Source of the DNA: Octopus sinensis
Taxonomy: Eukaryota
Reading direction: 5' to 3'
Length of the DNA: 64,000 nucleotides
NCBI RefSeq assembly: GCF_006345805.1
Contig: NC_042999.1
Span: 4,092,001 to 4,156,000, forward strand
Position 1 is the stretch's first letter. The number at the start of each line of letters is the position of its first letter. The notes beneath the pieces are model-generated. The model was not told where the DNA came from, searched no databases, and saw only the letters and a list, made by a program, of their open reading frames with translations. Shown here piece by piece: positions 50,611-64,000 of the stretch. The translations under genes and the position numbers were made by a program.

Positions 50611-52143
50611 AATGTGTTTGTATTAATTCACTACTGGGAGTACGACACTACATTGAGATATCTTAACCACAGGTAAACTATTGGGTTGTCAAACCGTCCA
50701 ATCCATGCCCCCATTAAATATGAATGTTAAATGATGTTGATGATGATGGCAACAGTGGTAATGACAACAATGATGAGACAATGACTTTGGCAACATCCAC
50801 GATGGCAATGACAACAATCCTTTTGTTTTACTTTAACATTCAACCTTAAATTTTGTCATCATAAAACAAGGCATTTCTACTATTAGCCTAAACTACTACA
50901 CTACGCCTTAAATTTTGTACTGCGTTGCTACACATTCTTCACTTATTGCCAAATATTCAAAACAACCATGTTCTAAGATTATTTTCATTGTAGACTTGAA
51001 CAAATCAGGCATTAAAATCAATACAGTGTTCTCCTGTTTGTCACATAGAAACATACTCTATCTACCACACTATTACAGTTCAAGACTAGACTATAGCTGG
51101 TGCAAAATACAAGGGCTGCTCATAAACTCTTTATCTGTCTACTTGAAGAAAGCTGACTGATGCAAACAAACAAGGAAACTTTTCTTCATATACTGAACAA
51201 TACAGTGTGGTACATACAAATGTTCAATGACATAGTTTTCCACACAAATATATTTTATCATTGATCAAATGATTTCATTTTTGTTGGATTCAGTAAAAAT
51301 TGAAAATAATTATTATTTATCTGAATTTAATAACTTGACCTGATGTTCAAAAATAATTTCAACATCATATTGTCAGCTGTATTGCAAGATAAAAGTACAT
51401 TCTTACTGAAAATTATTCTTTGGTAAAGCACAATAAGTTTTATTGTAAATGTTTAATAAAAGATTCATTAGAACTTGTTCAACTGATATTGTTCTACCAT
51501 CTTTGATCATTTCTTAGTTTTCAAGAAATTATTTCCTGTATTGTCTTTGCATCAGTGCAACATACTAATATTTTTCTCTCTCTTTTTTTATATATTCCCA
51601 GAGATAGTTTCTTAAAATTCAACTGTTTTTTTTTTGGTAGGGTATTTTTTGCTTTGTGGGGGGTTATTTTTTTCTTTTTTCTTATCTGATAAACTGATTA
51701 AATATTTAGTTTCTAAAAGTTTTTATTGAATTTTTCTATTTGTTCTTTTACTGCTGGTGACTGTTTGTTCTGATTGTTGTCCTTATCTGAAATCTCAATC
51801 ATTATATCTATTGCAAAGAAATATTTTATACTGAGTCTTTAAAAAGACATTTTCAAGTTTTCAGCAAATATTTTTTTTCTTTCACTAAAATCTTGTCTTT
51901 TTTTCTGCAACAACTTATGTATATTTCTACTATCATCATTATGATTATTTCTCATTTTCATCTTCTTTTGCACTCTTTCTTTTTATTCTGCCTTCCTATT
52001 GTTATCTTCTTTATTCTTTTGTTCATCCTGTTTCCCCCCTGTTATCACCTGCTTGGTCTGTTACATCTTTTGGTGAAATCTAGAAGGCTTCTAGTTCAAG
52101 TGTACTGTCATACACAGACAAATGGAAAGTAAATATAAAACAT

Positions 52144-52485
52144 AGGTGCAAGCTTGACTGTATGGTTAGAAACCTGTTTCCTAAATACATGGTTCTAGGT
52201 TCAGTCCCATTGTTTGGCACCTTAGGCAAATGTTCTCAACTTGTGAATGGATTTAGTAGACAAAGACACAAAAAAGTCAGTCATAGGTGCATGTGTGTGA
52301 GTGTGTGTCTTTGTGTCTGTGTTTGCCACCACTGCTTGATGACCTGTGTCAATGTGTTTACACCCTCATAACTTAGTGGTTCTGCAAAAATGACCAATAG
52401 AATAAGTGCCAGGCTTTAAAATAATAAAAATAAGTATTAGGATTAATTCATTCAAGTCATTCTAAGGACTGAAACAAGTGAAAGG
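52144..52485 (+). mobile_element. SINE family A, diverged
   Basis: Head ggtgcaagcttgactgtatggtt..acatggttctaggttcagtccc, tail gactgaaacaagt. Confidence 0.7.
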
Positions 52486-52751
52486 TAATGATGAAAAAAG
52501 GATATAAAATTCTTTGTTTAGCTACAAATGCTGTGATGTTTCTAAGTTGCTTCTCAGGATCCTCCACTCTTAACAACAAAGCCTTCCTTCCATCAACATG
52601 TGTTGGTAGGTTAAAGGGAGAATCTGAAAGCTGTTTAAAAGTTGGCTATATACATATAAAGTTTGAATTTTATCATCATTTCCTAATTTAGATATGGACA
52701 AGGGTAAATAACAGTGAAATTAATATGTAAGATAGGAAAAATACTTCTTTC

Positions 52752-52955
52752 TAATATTGGTTCAAGGCCTGAAATTTTAAGGAGGTGAGTAGTCAATTGC
52801 TTTAACCCCAGTACTTAACAGGTATTTATTTTATCAACCCTGAATGAAAAGCAAAGTCTATTTTGGTGGAATCTGAACTCAGAATGTAAACAGTTGGAAG
52901 AAATGCTGCTAAGTATTTTGTTCAATATATTAATGATTCTGCTAGCTCATCACAT
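52752..52955 (-). mobile_element. SINE family B, diverged
   Basis: accccagtactt..ggtatttattttatcaaccctgaatgaaaagcaaagtc. Confidence 0.65.
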
Positions 52956-53749
52956 TGGAAAATTAGATTCTGCTAATAACACATTAATTATTTATGTAGT
53001 TTTGTATCCTTGTTATTTGTACATTTACCACTTATTGAATTCTAGTGTAGGATACGTTATTTCTTAATATTGTAGAAAATTGGTGGGTAGAGGGCACCTA
53101 AGTGATGTAATTTAGACAAAGAATAGACTGAAAAACAGCATCAAATTTATGAACTCTTTGTAAGGTTTCTCTGAGTTCATACAGCTAGTACTGTTCCACA
53201 TTAATACACACTGTATTTTAATCTGTTCCAAGTGTGTATATTAATTCAAACAATAATTGTTGATGAAAAGATCAAATTTCTGTATGGGAACAATAGGTTG
53301 CATGATGTTGTATAATGTTTGTTTAGAAAGTTTCTGACAGTGTAATATGGACAGAGATCCAAGAATGATTCACTGAAAAATAAGTTCTTTTGAAATAAGA
53401 AAAACTTTAGAAGCATATTTTGTTCTTGTATAATATGGAATGTATATAAAAGTGTTCCCATGTAGGACAGAAACTAAAATGTTTTGAATATTTTAAATAA
53501 TTGATTTCCAATGAGCTATTGAAAAGTTTTGTGTTGTCTGAAATGCTGGTTTTGGTCAGTGTTTTCTTGTTTCTGATTTCCATTTGCTGTCAGTTCTGAT
53601 GTAGAAAAGAATAACACTGTCCTCCTTCCCCCCCTCTTTCTCCTCGTTATTGTTATTATTCTTATTGTAGTATTACTTGTATTCCATATGATCACATGAT
53701 CAACCAGACTACTGGCTGTTGCTATACATTTCCAATCATAATGAACTTG

Positions 53750-53976
53750 CATCATTTTTAGCTTTCAAATTATGCCTGTTAGGTGAGCAGACTAACAGTC
53801 CCCCTGATCAGAAGACTAGTTCGTTGTAGGTAACCTATTTACAGCTGAGTGGACTGGAGCAACATGAAATAAAGTGTTTTGCTCAATAACATAATACATC
53901 ACCCAGTCCAGGAATCAAACCCACGATCTAGCAATCATGAGTGCAACACCCTAACCACTAGGCCACGCACTTTCAC
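53750..53976 (-). mobile_element. tRNA-derived SINE with Deu/Nin-like core
   Basis: Minus strand GCGTGGCCTAGTGGTTAGGGTGTTGCACTCATGATTG..GGGTTTGATTCCTGG, then gagcaaaacactttatttcatgttgctccagtccactcagctgtaaataggt. Confidence 0.8.
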
Positions 53977-55334
53977 TATACCATGTCGTAGGTGTAAATT
54001 CCTCATAAGCTGATTCTCTTGTTCAAGTTTCAATTCTCAGTTGTAACCAGTTCATCTCTGTATCAGCATCTGACAGAACCTGTGCAATTTTCTCTTCTCT
54101 ATAAATCAGATATTTTGTGGTGACAAGAAATTATTATTGGCTATTCTACTGACAAGTGAATCTATGAAACAATTTCAATTCCTGATTGATTCATTTCACT
54201 TTACTTACATCATTAACTGAAAAATACAAAACTATCACACCCAGTCATTTCCTATTCCTTAAACTTTGTATTTTTTCCTAACATTTAAACCTTGTTTCAC
54301 TCATTCCTATTACTCAAACCCAATAAATATATTTATAGCCTGAAGCCTTTATATTCAGTTTATGTATCAACTGGTCCAGTAGACTGGTTTATTTGCAAGT
54401 AACATAAACAAGTATTTATTCTGTATTGATTGGAAGAAAAAAAATGTGATTGCAAAAAGCAATCAAAGGTTTTTGTTTTCAATTGAGGCCATTATTTTTA
54501 TATATTACTAGAAGGGTAAAAAAATACAAAGAATTCTCAGAAGATTAAAAAAGAAGAAGACCAGGTAGTTGGTAAATTTAATAAGAAATGCGTATAGTCT
54601 TCTATAAATTGTTCTGTGATGGGCTTTCTTTTTTACGCTCACAGTTCTATTTTATTATATGTCAAATCAATAAAGGTAAAACTTTAAATTTACACATCAC
54701 TTTTAAAACATATGTGAGAATTATTATCTGTCACTCCATTTAGTTTTGTTTGTAATTTAAATAGAGCTTTTTTTTTTCTCATAGAATTTAGTAAAAGTCA
54801 TCTAATCTACTTTAACTTTTTAACTGCTATAATGAATATAAATGAAATTTTTTTATTTTCTACATTATTTATATTGAATAATCATTACTGATTACTTTTG
54901 ACTTATACTTAGGAGTTACATTTATACTTTTCTCAGGGGAATTCATAAACTAGTTAAGATGAATTAATCTCAAATTGAAATCAAATCTATGTTACTGATT
55001 CAGTGTTTACTCTATGGAGTTCACTACTGTTTAATTACCATTATCTCATCATCATTAGAATCACAATTATTCATATAATCAGAATCTCAGAAGCAATAGA
55101 CATAATAAAACTAGAACATTTAGATATTTTTTAAAAGTAGTTTTGTACATTATTGCACAGATTTCTTGTTCACCTTCATTTTAATTTGTTTTTTATCCCC
55201 CTGGAACAATTAAACCAGATACTAGTAATATACTAAATTCATTTTAATTATTACCCTTACCACTTCAAAGACTGAAAGAAGTCTATATTATGAACCTGAC
55301 ATACATTATCTTCATATTTTCTCTACTAAATATT

Positions 55335-55521
55335 AATAATCCTTTCTACGAGAGGCACAAAGCCTGAAATTTGAGGGGCTCAACTAGTACTTATTTTATC
55401 AACTCCAAAAGAATGAAAGGCAAAGTCTACCTGGGTGGAATTCAAAGTCAGAACATAAAGACAGGTGAAATGCCACTAAACATTTTGTCTGGCATGCTAA
55501 GAATTCTGCCAGTTTGCCACT
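55335..55521 (-). mobile_element. SINE family B
   Basis: agtacttattttatcaactccaaaagaatgaaaggcaaagtc...attctgccagtttgcc. Confidence 0.7.
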
Positions 55522-55627
55522 TTAAACTAGATACTAATATTATACTAAACTTATCTAGATTATGATTCTCCTCTTCAAAGCTAGAAAAAAAATCTGTACT
55601 ATTAAATTCACCTATGCTATCTCTCTC

Positions 55628-56035
55628 TACTCTCTTTTACTCTTTTACTTGTTTCAGTCATTTGACTGTGGCCATGCTGGAGCACCGCCTTTAGTCGAGC
55701 AAATCGACCCCGGGACTTATTCTTTGTAAGCCCAGTACTTATTCTATCAGTCTCTTTTGCCGAACCGCTAAGTGACGGGGACGTAAACACACCAGCATCG
55801 GTTGTCAAGCAATGCTAGGGAGACAAACACAAACACACACACATACATACATATATATATATACATATATACGACAGGCTTCTTTCAGTTTCCGTCTACC
55901 AAATCCACTCACAAGGCATTGGTTGGCCCGGGGCTATTGCAGAAGACACTTGCCCAAGATGCCACGCAGTGGGATTGAACCCGGAACCATGTGGTTGGTT
56001 AGCAAGCTACTTACCACACAGCCACTCCTGCGCCT
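55628..56035 (-). mobile_element. SINE family A, full-length young copy
   Basis: Complete and CpG-rich. Near-identical to 48354-48770. Confidence 0.95.
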
Positions 56036-56926
56036 ACATATTTTCTAATGATGATGAGTGATTAATTCAACGCAATCTTATTACATTGGCAACAACATAC
56101 AAATTCAAAAATTACAGCTGCTTTCTGTATCATCTCACAACCATTCATTGAAAATTGCCATCTTTTAAATATGCTCTCTTGTGCACTGAATGCCATTTAT
56201 TTTCTGATGGCTAGCTTTGCATAAAGTTCAGATAAAGCCTAGAATCTAATGAAGTAAGCCACAGCAGATTGTGAGCTACAAAGTTTATATCTACTCTCTA
56301 CTAAAAAAAAAATGTTTGCCTAGTTTGAAAGCTGTCTGATTGATATTGTAGATCTTCATAGTGACTTAACCCAACTATAATTTATTGAAGACAATCTATT
56401 TTGAATAGTGTGCCTGTATTTTTATATATGACTCAGTATATTTTATTATACTTACTATTTTTTGTCTGCCCACACCCACACTCCTTAAGCTTACATATAG
56501 CAGCAGATTGCTTCTTGATGCATAGATATATTTGTATTAGAAATATTTTTCTTTCAGATGCTAGAAGCTGCACATGTTCAGTCATACATACACCTACTTC
56601 AATGACTAATTGGCCAAAATCTACTGTATTTTCTTTTGTACTTGCATTTTTTTTATTTTCACATGAGTGCATGATATTCTTTTGAGAGTAAATATATATA
56701 ATATATACATACACACACACACACATATGTATACACACATACTTACATATATAAACACAGATAGACACATACACAAGGATATACATATATACATCCACAC
56801 ATATATATGTGCATATATGTGTGTGTGTGTGTGTGAATATACATATCACTGTGTGTGTCTATGTGTAAGTATATATATATATGTTTATATATGTATGTGT
56901 GTGTGTGTGTGTATATATATATACAT

Positions 56927-57766
56927 ATCATCATCATCATCGTTTAACGTCCGCTTTCCATGCTGACATGGGTTGGACGATTTGACTGATGGCTGGCAAA
57001 CCAGATGGCTGCACCAGGCTCCAATCTGACCTAGTAGAGTTTCTACAGCTGGATGCCCTTCCTAAAGCCAACCACTCTGAGAGTGTAGTGGGTGTTTTTA
57101 CGTGCCACCAGCCAGTTAGGTGGTACTGGCAATGGCCACGCTCAAATGGTGTTTTTTATGTGCCACCTGCATAGGAGCCAGTCCAACAGCACTGGCAATG
57201 ACCTCGCTCGAATATTTTTCACGTGCCAGTAAGGCGACACTGGTAACAGTCACGCTCGAATGGTGCTTTTTACATGCCACCACCATGGAAGCTAGTCAGC
57301 TGCTCTGGCAATGATCACGCTTGGATGGTGCTCTTAGCGCTCCACTAGCATGGATGCCAATCATCAAATTGGATTTCAATTTCACTTGCCTCAACAGGTC
57401 TTCACAAGCAGAGTTTAGTACCCAATGAAGGAAAGGTACGCATAAGTGGGCTGGTTACACCCCTGGCATAGGCCACCACTTGGTTTGCCAGGTCTTCTCA
57501 AGCACAGCATTTTTCCAAATGTCTCAGTCATTAGCCATTGCCTCAGTGAAGCCTAATGTTCAAAGGTCATGCTTCACCACTTCATCCCATGTCTTCCTGG
57601 GTCTACCTCTTCCACAGGTTCCCTCAACCACTAGGTTGTGGCATATTTTCACACAGCTGTCTTCATCCATTCTTGCCACATGACCATATCAGCGCAGTCG
57701 TCTCTCTTGCACACCACATCTGATGCTTCTTAGGTCCAACTTTTCTCTCAAGGTACTAACACTCTG
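56927..57766 (-). mobile_element. 5'-truncated RTE-clade LINE with a long, tandem-repeat-containing 3' UTR
   Basis: Minus strand SVSTLREKLDLRSIRCGVQERRLR*YGHVARMDEDSCVKICHNLVVEGTCGRGRPRKTWDEVVKHDL*TLG...D*DIWK, with the RRLRWYGHV and GRGRPRKTW motifs. Ends in (GAT)n. Confidence 0.9.
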
Positions 57767-57935
57767 TCTATCTGTCTGTCTGCCTGTTTGTTCGTCCGTG
57801 TATCTGTCTATATATAGATACATATGCACACATAAATACACACACATACGTGTACACACACACTAACACATACACACACATAAATACACACACATACGTG
57901 TACACACACACTAACACATACACACACATATATGT

Positions 57936-58148
57936 AGGTGCAGGCATAGTTGTGTAGTTAAGGAGTTTGCGCACCCATCATGTGGTTTGAAGTTCACCCC
58001 TGTTACATGCTACCTTAGGTATGTGTCTTTTCTTAGGCTGACCATAACTTTATGAGTAAATAAAAAAAATGGAAACCATAAGAATCCCTTCATATATATC
58101 TGTGTTAATATATATATATATATATATATCTGTAGATATATGTATATA

Positions 58149-58234
<86 letters not shown>

Positions 58235-58450
58235 GTAGATATATGTATATATGTAGGTATGTATATGTATGTAGATATGTACATGAGTAGGTTTGTTGTG
58301 TGTCCTTGTCTTAAGATCTAACAAATTTGTTCATATGGCATAGGTCAGCCTAGAACTACAGTACAAGTCATTTGCCCAAGGTGCTGTGCACTGAGACAGG
58401 ACCCAAAATCCACATGGTTCTGAAGCAAACTTTTTAGCCACACAGCCATG
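57936..58450. mobile_element. Two opposed SINE family A halves separated by a long (TA)n run
   Basis: Plus head at 57936-58090; minus head at 58337-58450. Confidence 0.65.
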
Positions 58451-59614
58451 TCTGTGTTACTTTTGTAGTTCAAGATATTGTGAACTCTAAATGAACTATA
58501 TTTTCTTGTAGAAAGGGCTATTTGCGAATTAATTAGTGTTCTCAGAATTTTCATCCCCATATGCTATGTATATCCTTTTCTTCTCATCAAATTACATAAT
58601 ACACTACCCCAGAAACCTACTTTCAATTACACACTATTTCCGATGTTTATAGAATAGTGTATTGAATATATTAGTTCATTTTTATATCTTAAATGTTTCT
58701 GCAAGCACAATGTTAATATTTAATTAATAGAAAAATAGAAACTATGTTTTGAGAAGCTAAACTGAAAAAACTCCATTCTTTCACCAAATATCTGTTTAAT
58801 CTGATTAGATTTACAGTGATAAATCATTTTGACGAGGCAGAGTTCAGCAAGAACACAAGAGCAGTAATTTTTTCTTTGTTTTATTTTTGGATTAATTTAT
58901 TATTTTTTGTCAAGTTTACTTTTGTTTCTTTAAAATAAATTACTAGAAATATTGGTATAATTAATTTAGTTTTTAATTCAGTAAACGCATATGATAGAGA
59001 GCATTATCTTGTGTATATTGGAAAAAATAGGTTTTACGTCTCCTAATACTTCATTTCAGTCTTAATTTACACCAGACAACTGTAATTTATGAAGTCAAAA
59101 CTATTGCAATAAACTTCCAACAAATTATTTAACTTTTCACTTATATTTTTCTGTTGCAATTCTTCTGAGAAATCAATGAAAATATTAAGAACATAGTGAT
59201 AAAAAAAAATGTGTAAAAAAAAATTGGTTTGAAAATCTTTAACTCATATTTCTGTATTTTGCTTGAAGCATTACTTCCTGCAAGACATTAACTAAAGAAA
59301 AAAAACTCACTTGGTTTTTATTAAGTTAATATTTCTTTCTTTTGGTTTCTTGGCAGTTACTTTACTAATTTTACATATGTTACTGCTAACGCCATAACCA
59401 CATCGCAACACAACTCCATCATCATCACCATCATTGTCGTCATCATCATTATCACATTCATATTCTTCTTTTATTTTTTACTAGAATATGCTGGGTGGGT
59501 TTACAGTACAACAGCTTTGTACCCATCTTGTGTCAGCTCCTTAGTCAGAGCTCCCAGTTCTACTATGACTCCTACTCATTGCCAATGCCGCTGGACTGGC
59601 TACTCTGCAAGTAA

Positions 59615-59851
59615 CACATAAAAAGTACCATTTGAGCGTGGCCGTTGCCAGTACCACCTGACTAGCCCTCGTGCCAGTGGCATGTAAAAGCACCCACTAC
59701 ACTCTCAGAGTGGTTGGCATTAGGAAGGGCATCCAGCTCTAGAAACTCTGCCAGATCAGATTGGAGTCTGATGCAGCTATCTGGTTCACCAGTCCTCAGT
59801 CAAACTGTCCAACCCATGCTAGCATGGAAAGCGGACGTTAAACGACGACGA
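59615..59851 (+). mobile_element. RTE-type 3' UTR fragment
   Basis: aaaagcacccactacactctcagagtggttggc...catgctagcatggaaagcggacgttaaacgacgac. Confidence 0.85.
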
Positions 59852-59941
59852 CACTTAATCTACCTCCATTGCCTGGCTCTGGTTCCTTCCCAAACCTGTC
59901 ACTACTTGATTTTCTCCTATCAATGTGATATCACAGATTTA

Positions 59942-60161
59942 AGGTTGCAAGCTGGCAGAACTATTTGCCCACTGAACAGAATGCTCAGCAGCATTTCATC
60001 CATCTTTACATTCTAAGTTCAAATTCTTTTAAGGTTGACTTTGCATTTCATCCTTTCAGCGGTCGATACAATAGATACCAGTTAAACTCTGGGGAGGTCA
60101 ATGTAATGGACTTACAACACCACTGAAATTACTGGCCTTATGCTACAATTTGAAACCAATA
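59942..60161 (+). mobile_element. SINE family B
   Basis: gcaagctggcagaa head, gttcaaattc, and core tttcatcctttcag..gtcgata. Confidence 0.7.
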
Positions 60162-61169
60162 TAATACCACAGATACCTCATGAAGGAATTCCATACAGTT
60201 GGTAAAACTGCTTAAAATATCAGCCAAATATCCCTCAAATCACTTTATACCAAAGGGTATGGACCATTGCTTAATGTAGTTCTATATATTCCTAGAAAAA
60301 GACAGGATGGTCATGGTTAGAATGCTTTTTCTTTATCATAGGCCTGCTAGATCAAGGTTGATATGGAGAGCAACACCAGCTGTTACTTGACTTCTGAGTA
60401 TGTTTGTGTTTTATCTTTCTTTTGCACATCCTTCAAATCCTGTTTATATCATCTTTCTCCAATCACTTCAAATCCCATTTTTATATTCTCAGGTGTCACT
60501 TCTGTTCAACATCACACATTTTACACTTGTGTACGTTAAATTAAAAGAACATCAGGAAATCTGTTAAAACTGGCAGAATATTATTCTTTCAATGTTTTCT
60601 TCGGATATTCTTTGGATTAGAAGATATCTATACTACTTACTGAAACTGGAATTGTCAGTCCTTACAAGATTACAGATGCTAAGCAGTGTAATGGTATGTT
60701 TGCAACTAAAATAGTAAATCATTTCAGAAACGTAATGGAACTAGCCACAGAATGCAAGCACTAAACAGATTTCATACAGAAATATGAGTTAAAGATTTTC
60801 AAATAGTTTTCTTCAAATAGTTTTCTTGTGAACTGATTGAAGAAGAAATCTTTCGTTCATTTGTTTTATGTTCATTTTACATACATTTCTTGCTTGCATT
60901 GGTTAGACAAATATATCATTTGAGGCATTGCTTTCCACTTGGATGCCTTTCTTGATACTAACCCTGTTTTTCAAATAAGGGATCAATTATTCTGCACAAC
61001 AGCCATGCATATAAACAAATGCAACTGAAAACAGACACATGTGCATGCATGCATGCACACAAACATGCATGTCTGTCTGTTTGTCTCTTTCTCTCTTCCT
61101 ATGGAGGCAAAGTGGCTGAGCTACGTTTGAGCATTGGACCTCATGGAGGAAATGAACAAGACCTTTGGC

Positions 61170-61439
61170 ATTATGTCATGCTTGAGAAGAAGACCCATCA
61201 AGCCAAGCAAAATCACAGTCATGGTAGATGCCAGTGTCACAGAAATTGGCACCCCTGCTGGTGGCATGTAAAAGCACCAATTACACTCTCAGAGTCATTG
61301 GTGTTAGGAAGTGCATCCAACCATAGAAACCATGCCAAATCAGACTGGAGTCTGGTGCAGCCCTCCAGTTTGCCAGCCCTGGTCAAACCGTCCAACCCAT
61401 GCCAGCATGGACAACAGACATTAAACAACAATGATGATG

Positions 61440-61441
<2 letters not shown>
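61170..61441 (+). mobile_element. RTE-type 3' end
   Basis: tgcttgagaagaagacc (ORF end as at 57490) ... aaaagcacc..acactctcagag...ccaacccatgccagcatgg..(gat)n. Confidence 0.75.
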
Positions 61442-61459
<18 letters not shown>

Positions 61460-61470
<11 letters not shown>

Positions 61471-61650
61471 ATCCAAACAAGAAAACACAGAAAAAAACAC
61501 AGCAACGCGAGGATGTGGAACAATTAAAGTATTATTTGACGCTCAGGAAAGAAGGGAAGGAGGGTTTCACGTTTCGAGCGGAGCTCTTCGTCGGAAACAA
61601 AGGAGAAGGAAAGATCCCGAGAAGGGAAGACAGAGGAAAAAAATTTTTTT
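61460..61650 (-). mobile_element. Penelope-like short element (family P1) with hammerhead motif at 61564-61598
   Basis: Minus strand GTTT-CCGACGA-A-GAGC-TCC-GCTC-GAAAC-GTG-AAAC. The 3' end tttggattaac joins (TA)n. Homologous to 15940-16133. Confidence 0.7.
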
Positions 61651-62077
61651 GCTGGTGGTGCTCAAGAGATCACATATGTGACAGGCTTCTTTCAGTTTCC
61701 ATGTACCAAATCCAGTCTCAAGGCTTTCAGTAGTTTGCCACTGTAGCAGGTGACAATTGCCCGAGATTTTGTACAGTGGGACTAAAACTAACACATGAAA
61801 AAGAACAAGTTAGTCGTATAATACATTGGCCAGTATGCTTAAGGTTAAACTGGATTTAATTATACTTATGAACACTGAAATATACACCCTCAACTCAAAG
61901 ATTGACCAAGAATATGCTCATATCTGTGTATCTGCTGGAGAAAGCACATTGCAAACACTGGAAGATAGTTGGACAACACACTATTCAAAATATAGTCAAG
62001 GTGTGAGAAACAGGAAAGATGAGACTAAGAATTTAAAATTATTTTAGAATTCTGTTCCTTGCAAATTTTAGTAAATA

Positions 62078-62469
62078 CTAGCAGTATCACCCGGCGTTGC
62101 TCGGGTTTGTAAGGGAAATAACAATATAAGCATTTTTAGAGATGTAAAGTATAATAGCCATCTCAATATGACTAACCACAAAGGTGGGGTGTTACTGTAG
62201 CTTTTTACGTTCTGAGATTTAATAATACATTTTTAGAGAGTTACTTCCCTTATGTATGCCAAAAATGCATTAAAAATGGGGAGAATTGATGGTAAATTTT
62301 TTTTAAATCGTAGACTCATCGTAGACATGCGCTAATACCCAGAAGGGCTCGATATGAATCACGACTATAAGATACCCACTTTTGGTTACACTGCACCGCA
62401 AAATGTGGGAGTAGTTAGGAATCTTAATCGTAGGAGACAGACACACAACTTCACTTTTATATATAAAGA
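62078..62469 (-). mobile_element. Non-autonomous Helitron (392 bp)
   Basis: Minus strand a|TCTTTATATATAAAAG ... CCCGAGCAACGCCGGG-TGATACTG-CTAG|t: 5' TC, 3' GC-rich hairpin, CTAG end, inserted between A and T, no TSD. Confidence 0.9.
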
Positions 62470-63348
62470 TTAATTAACTTGGACTATGTACAAGGCAAAT
62501 TTTTGTAGGAGAAAAAATTGTATTGAATTAATACATTAGTACCTGTTATTTAATTGAAATGAAGATAATATACAAAAAAACAAAGTCAATACTCTTGGGA
62601 TTTGAACTCTGAATATAGAGAGATAAAACTAATGATTAATATGAAAATACATTTATTGTAGAATAAACTTTTGAAGAAAAATCTTTTCTAAAAGAGGGTG
62701 GCATAAAGTTAAGAAGCTGCCAATGGATTTTAGTTCTGCATTATTACTAACTTTACTCTCAACGACATCATTTTGTTGTTTCAAACTATGTTTAAGTTTT
62801 AAAACCTCTTCCACAATTATGATGAATGAAATTATCAAAATATGGTAAAGTAGCTATTTCAGGTGAACAAACACAAACGTCTCAGTGCAATACATGCATA
62901 CGTACGTACATACATACATACATATATACATACATACATACATACATACATACTTACATAAAATATATAAGAGAAACAAAGGGAGAATTTTTAATATAGA
63001 AATACATAAAGTAAGTCTGTATATGATGGAAAGACAGAGAATAATTCTTAATATATAAAAGCAGAAAGGTAATTTTCAATATGAAAAGATGCAGGGTAAT
63101 TTTCAATTTGACTGCAAGTCATAGTAATTTGATTGATGATGGAAAGCTTGCTTTTTTTGGCATGATGTCCATAAACTTATTGATTTAGAACCTTTATGGG
63201 AAAAAGTATACAAAGAAGCATTCATGAATCAATTTCCTTATAATCTCAAAGATAAATATATCCAATATATTTTAATCATTCCTAACCAAGAAAATGTAGT
63301 GTAGCAACATATTAAATTGATATATGTTTCTCACAATATGGTTAATGC

Positions 63349-63380
<32 letters not shown>

Positions 63381-64000
63381 CATGCATATACATTGAGTGT
63401 CATAGCTTTCTTGTGTATATATGTGTGTATGTATGTATGCATGTATGTCTCTGTATATGTGTGTGTATATGAAAGCATGTACTTACATTATATAAAATGA
63501 CTAATAAATGATGACTTACATATGTATCCATGCATACTAGTCAACATATACACATGTTATATACATATATGTATGTATTTATGCATGCAGCTATATATAT
63601 ATATGCATGCATATTTAAATCAAAACTACAAAGTTTGTAGACTGGGAAAAGAAATATAGACACACACACACACACACACACATACACACATGAAACATAA
63701 GTTGTGTGTCATTTAGATAAAACAAATGTTTTACAGCTGGTTTACCTTATATGTAATAGACATAAGTTACACTGTCTATTGCTATGTAAACTTTCATATT
63801 CTCAATTAACTAAAAGCCTGCTTAAATGAATATGGAAAAATGACTGTTCACAAAATCTACTTTGTGAGTCTTGGTTTTATCTGTGTTTTCAAAGTTAGGA
63901 CAGTGCAAATGACAAGTAGTATTTTCTATACACAAATAGGTGCTGTCTAGAATATACTTATATGATTTAAATGCACTAAATACTGTAATCTTCTACCAAA

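Noticed and set aside
57090-57350. CRISPR-like repeat-spacer pattern
   Set aside because: Eukaryotic LINE 3' UTR. The units are diverged tandem repeats without unique spacers, and there are no cas genes.
61019-61733. ORFs of 150 and 100 aa
   Set aside because: They run through an RTE tail, (TA)n and the antisense of a Penelope-like fragment; not genes.

Overview
AT-rich eukaryotic genomic DNA, dense in microsatellites and almost entirely non-coding (intronic or intergenic). The tRNA-derived SINE families, RTE-type (GAT)n tails and (TA)n/(CA)n/(TAA)n/(CAT)n runs strongly suggest an octopus/coleoid cephalopod genome (inference). No host protein-coding gene can be supported, and nearly all listed ORFs are low-complexity or repeat artefacts. 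The window is a mosaic of transposable elements: many tRNA-SINE copies from at least four families, 5'-truncated LINE remnants (CR1/L2, RTE, R4/Dong-like restriction-endonuclease type inserted in (TAA)n), Helitrons, mariner/hAT/piggyBac-type MITEs, a Buster/Charlie transposase relic, a probable Copia relic and a solo LTR. Three things stand out. (1) Several decayed minimal type I hammerhead ribozyme motifs from three different repeat families, one of which joins a tRNA-derived Pol III head to a hammerhead tail in a head-to-head, Penelope-like arrangement (33.8-34.3 kb). (2) A ~440-bp, ~97%-identical inverted duplication (24.35-26.27 kb) whose second arm, like the solo LTR, landed in a single degenerate minisatellite. 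(3) A cluster of hairpins at 8.6-9.5 kb. All alignments and translations were done by eye, so boundaries are approximate.
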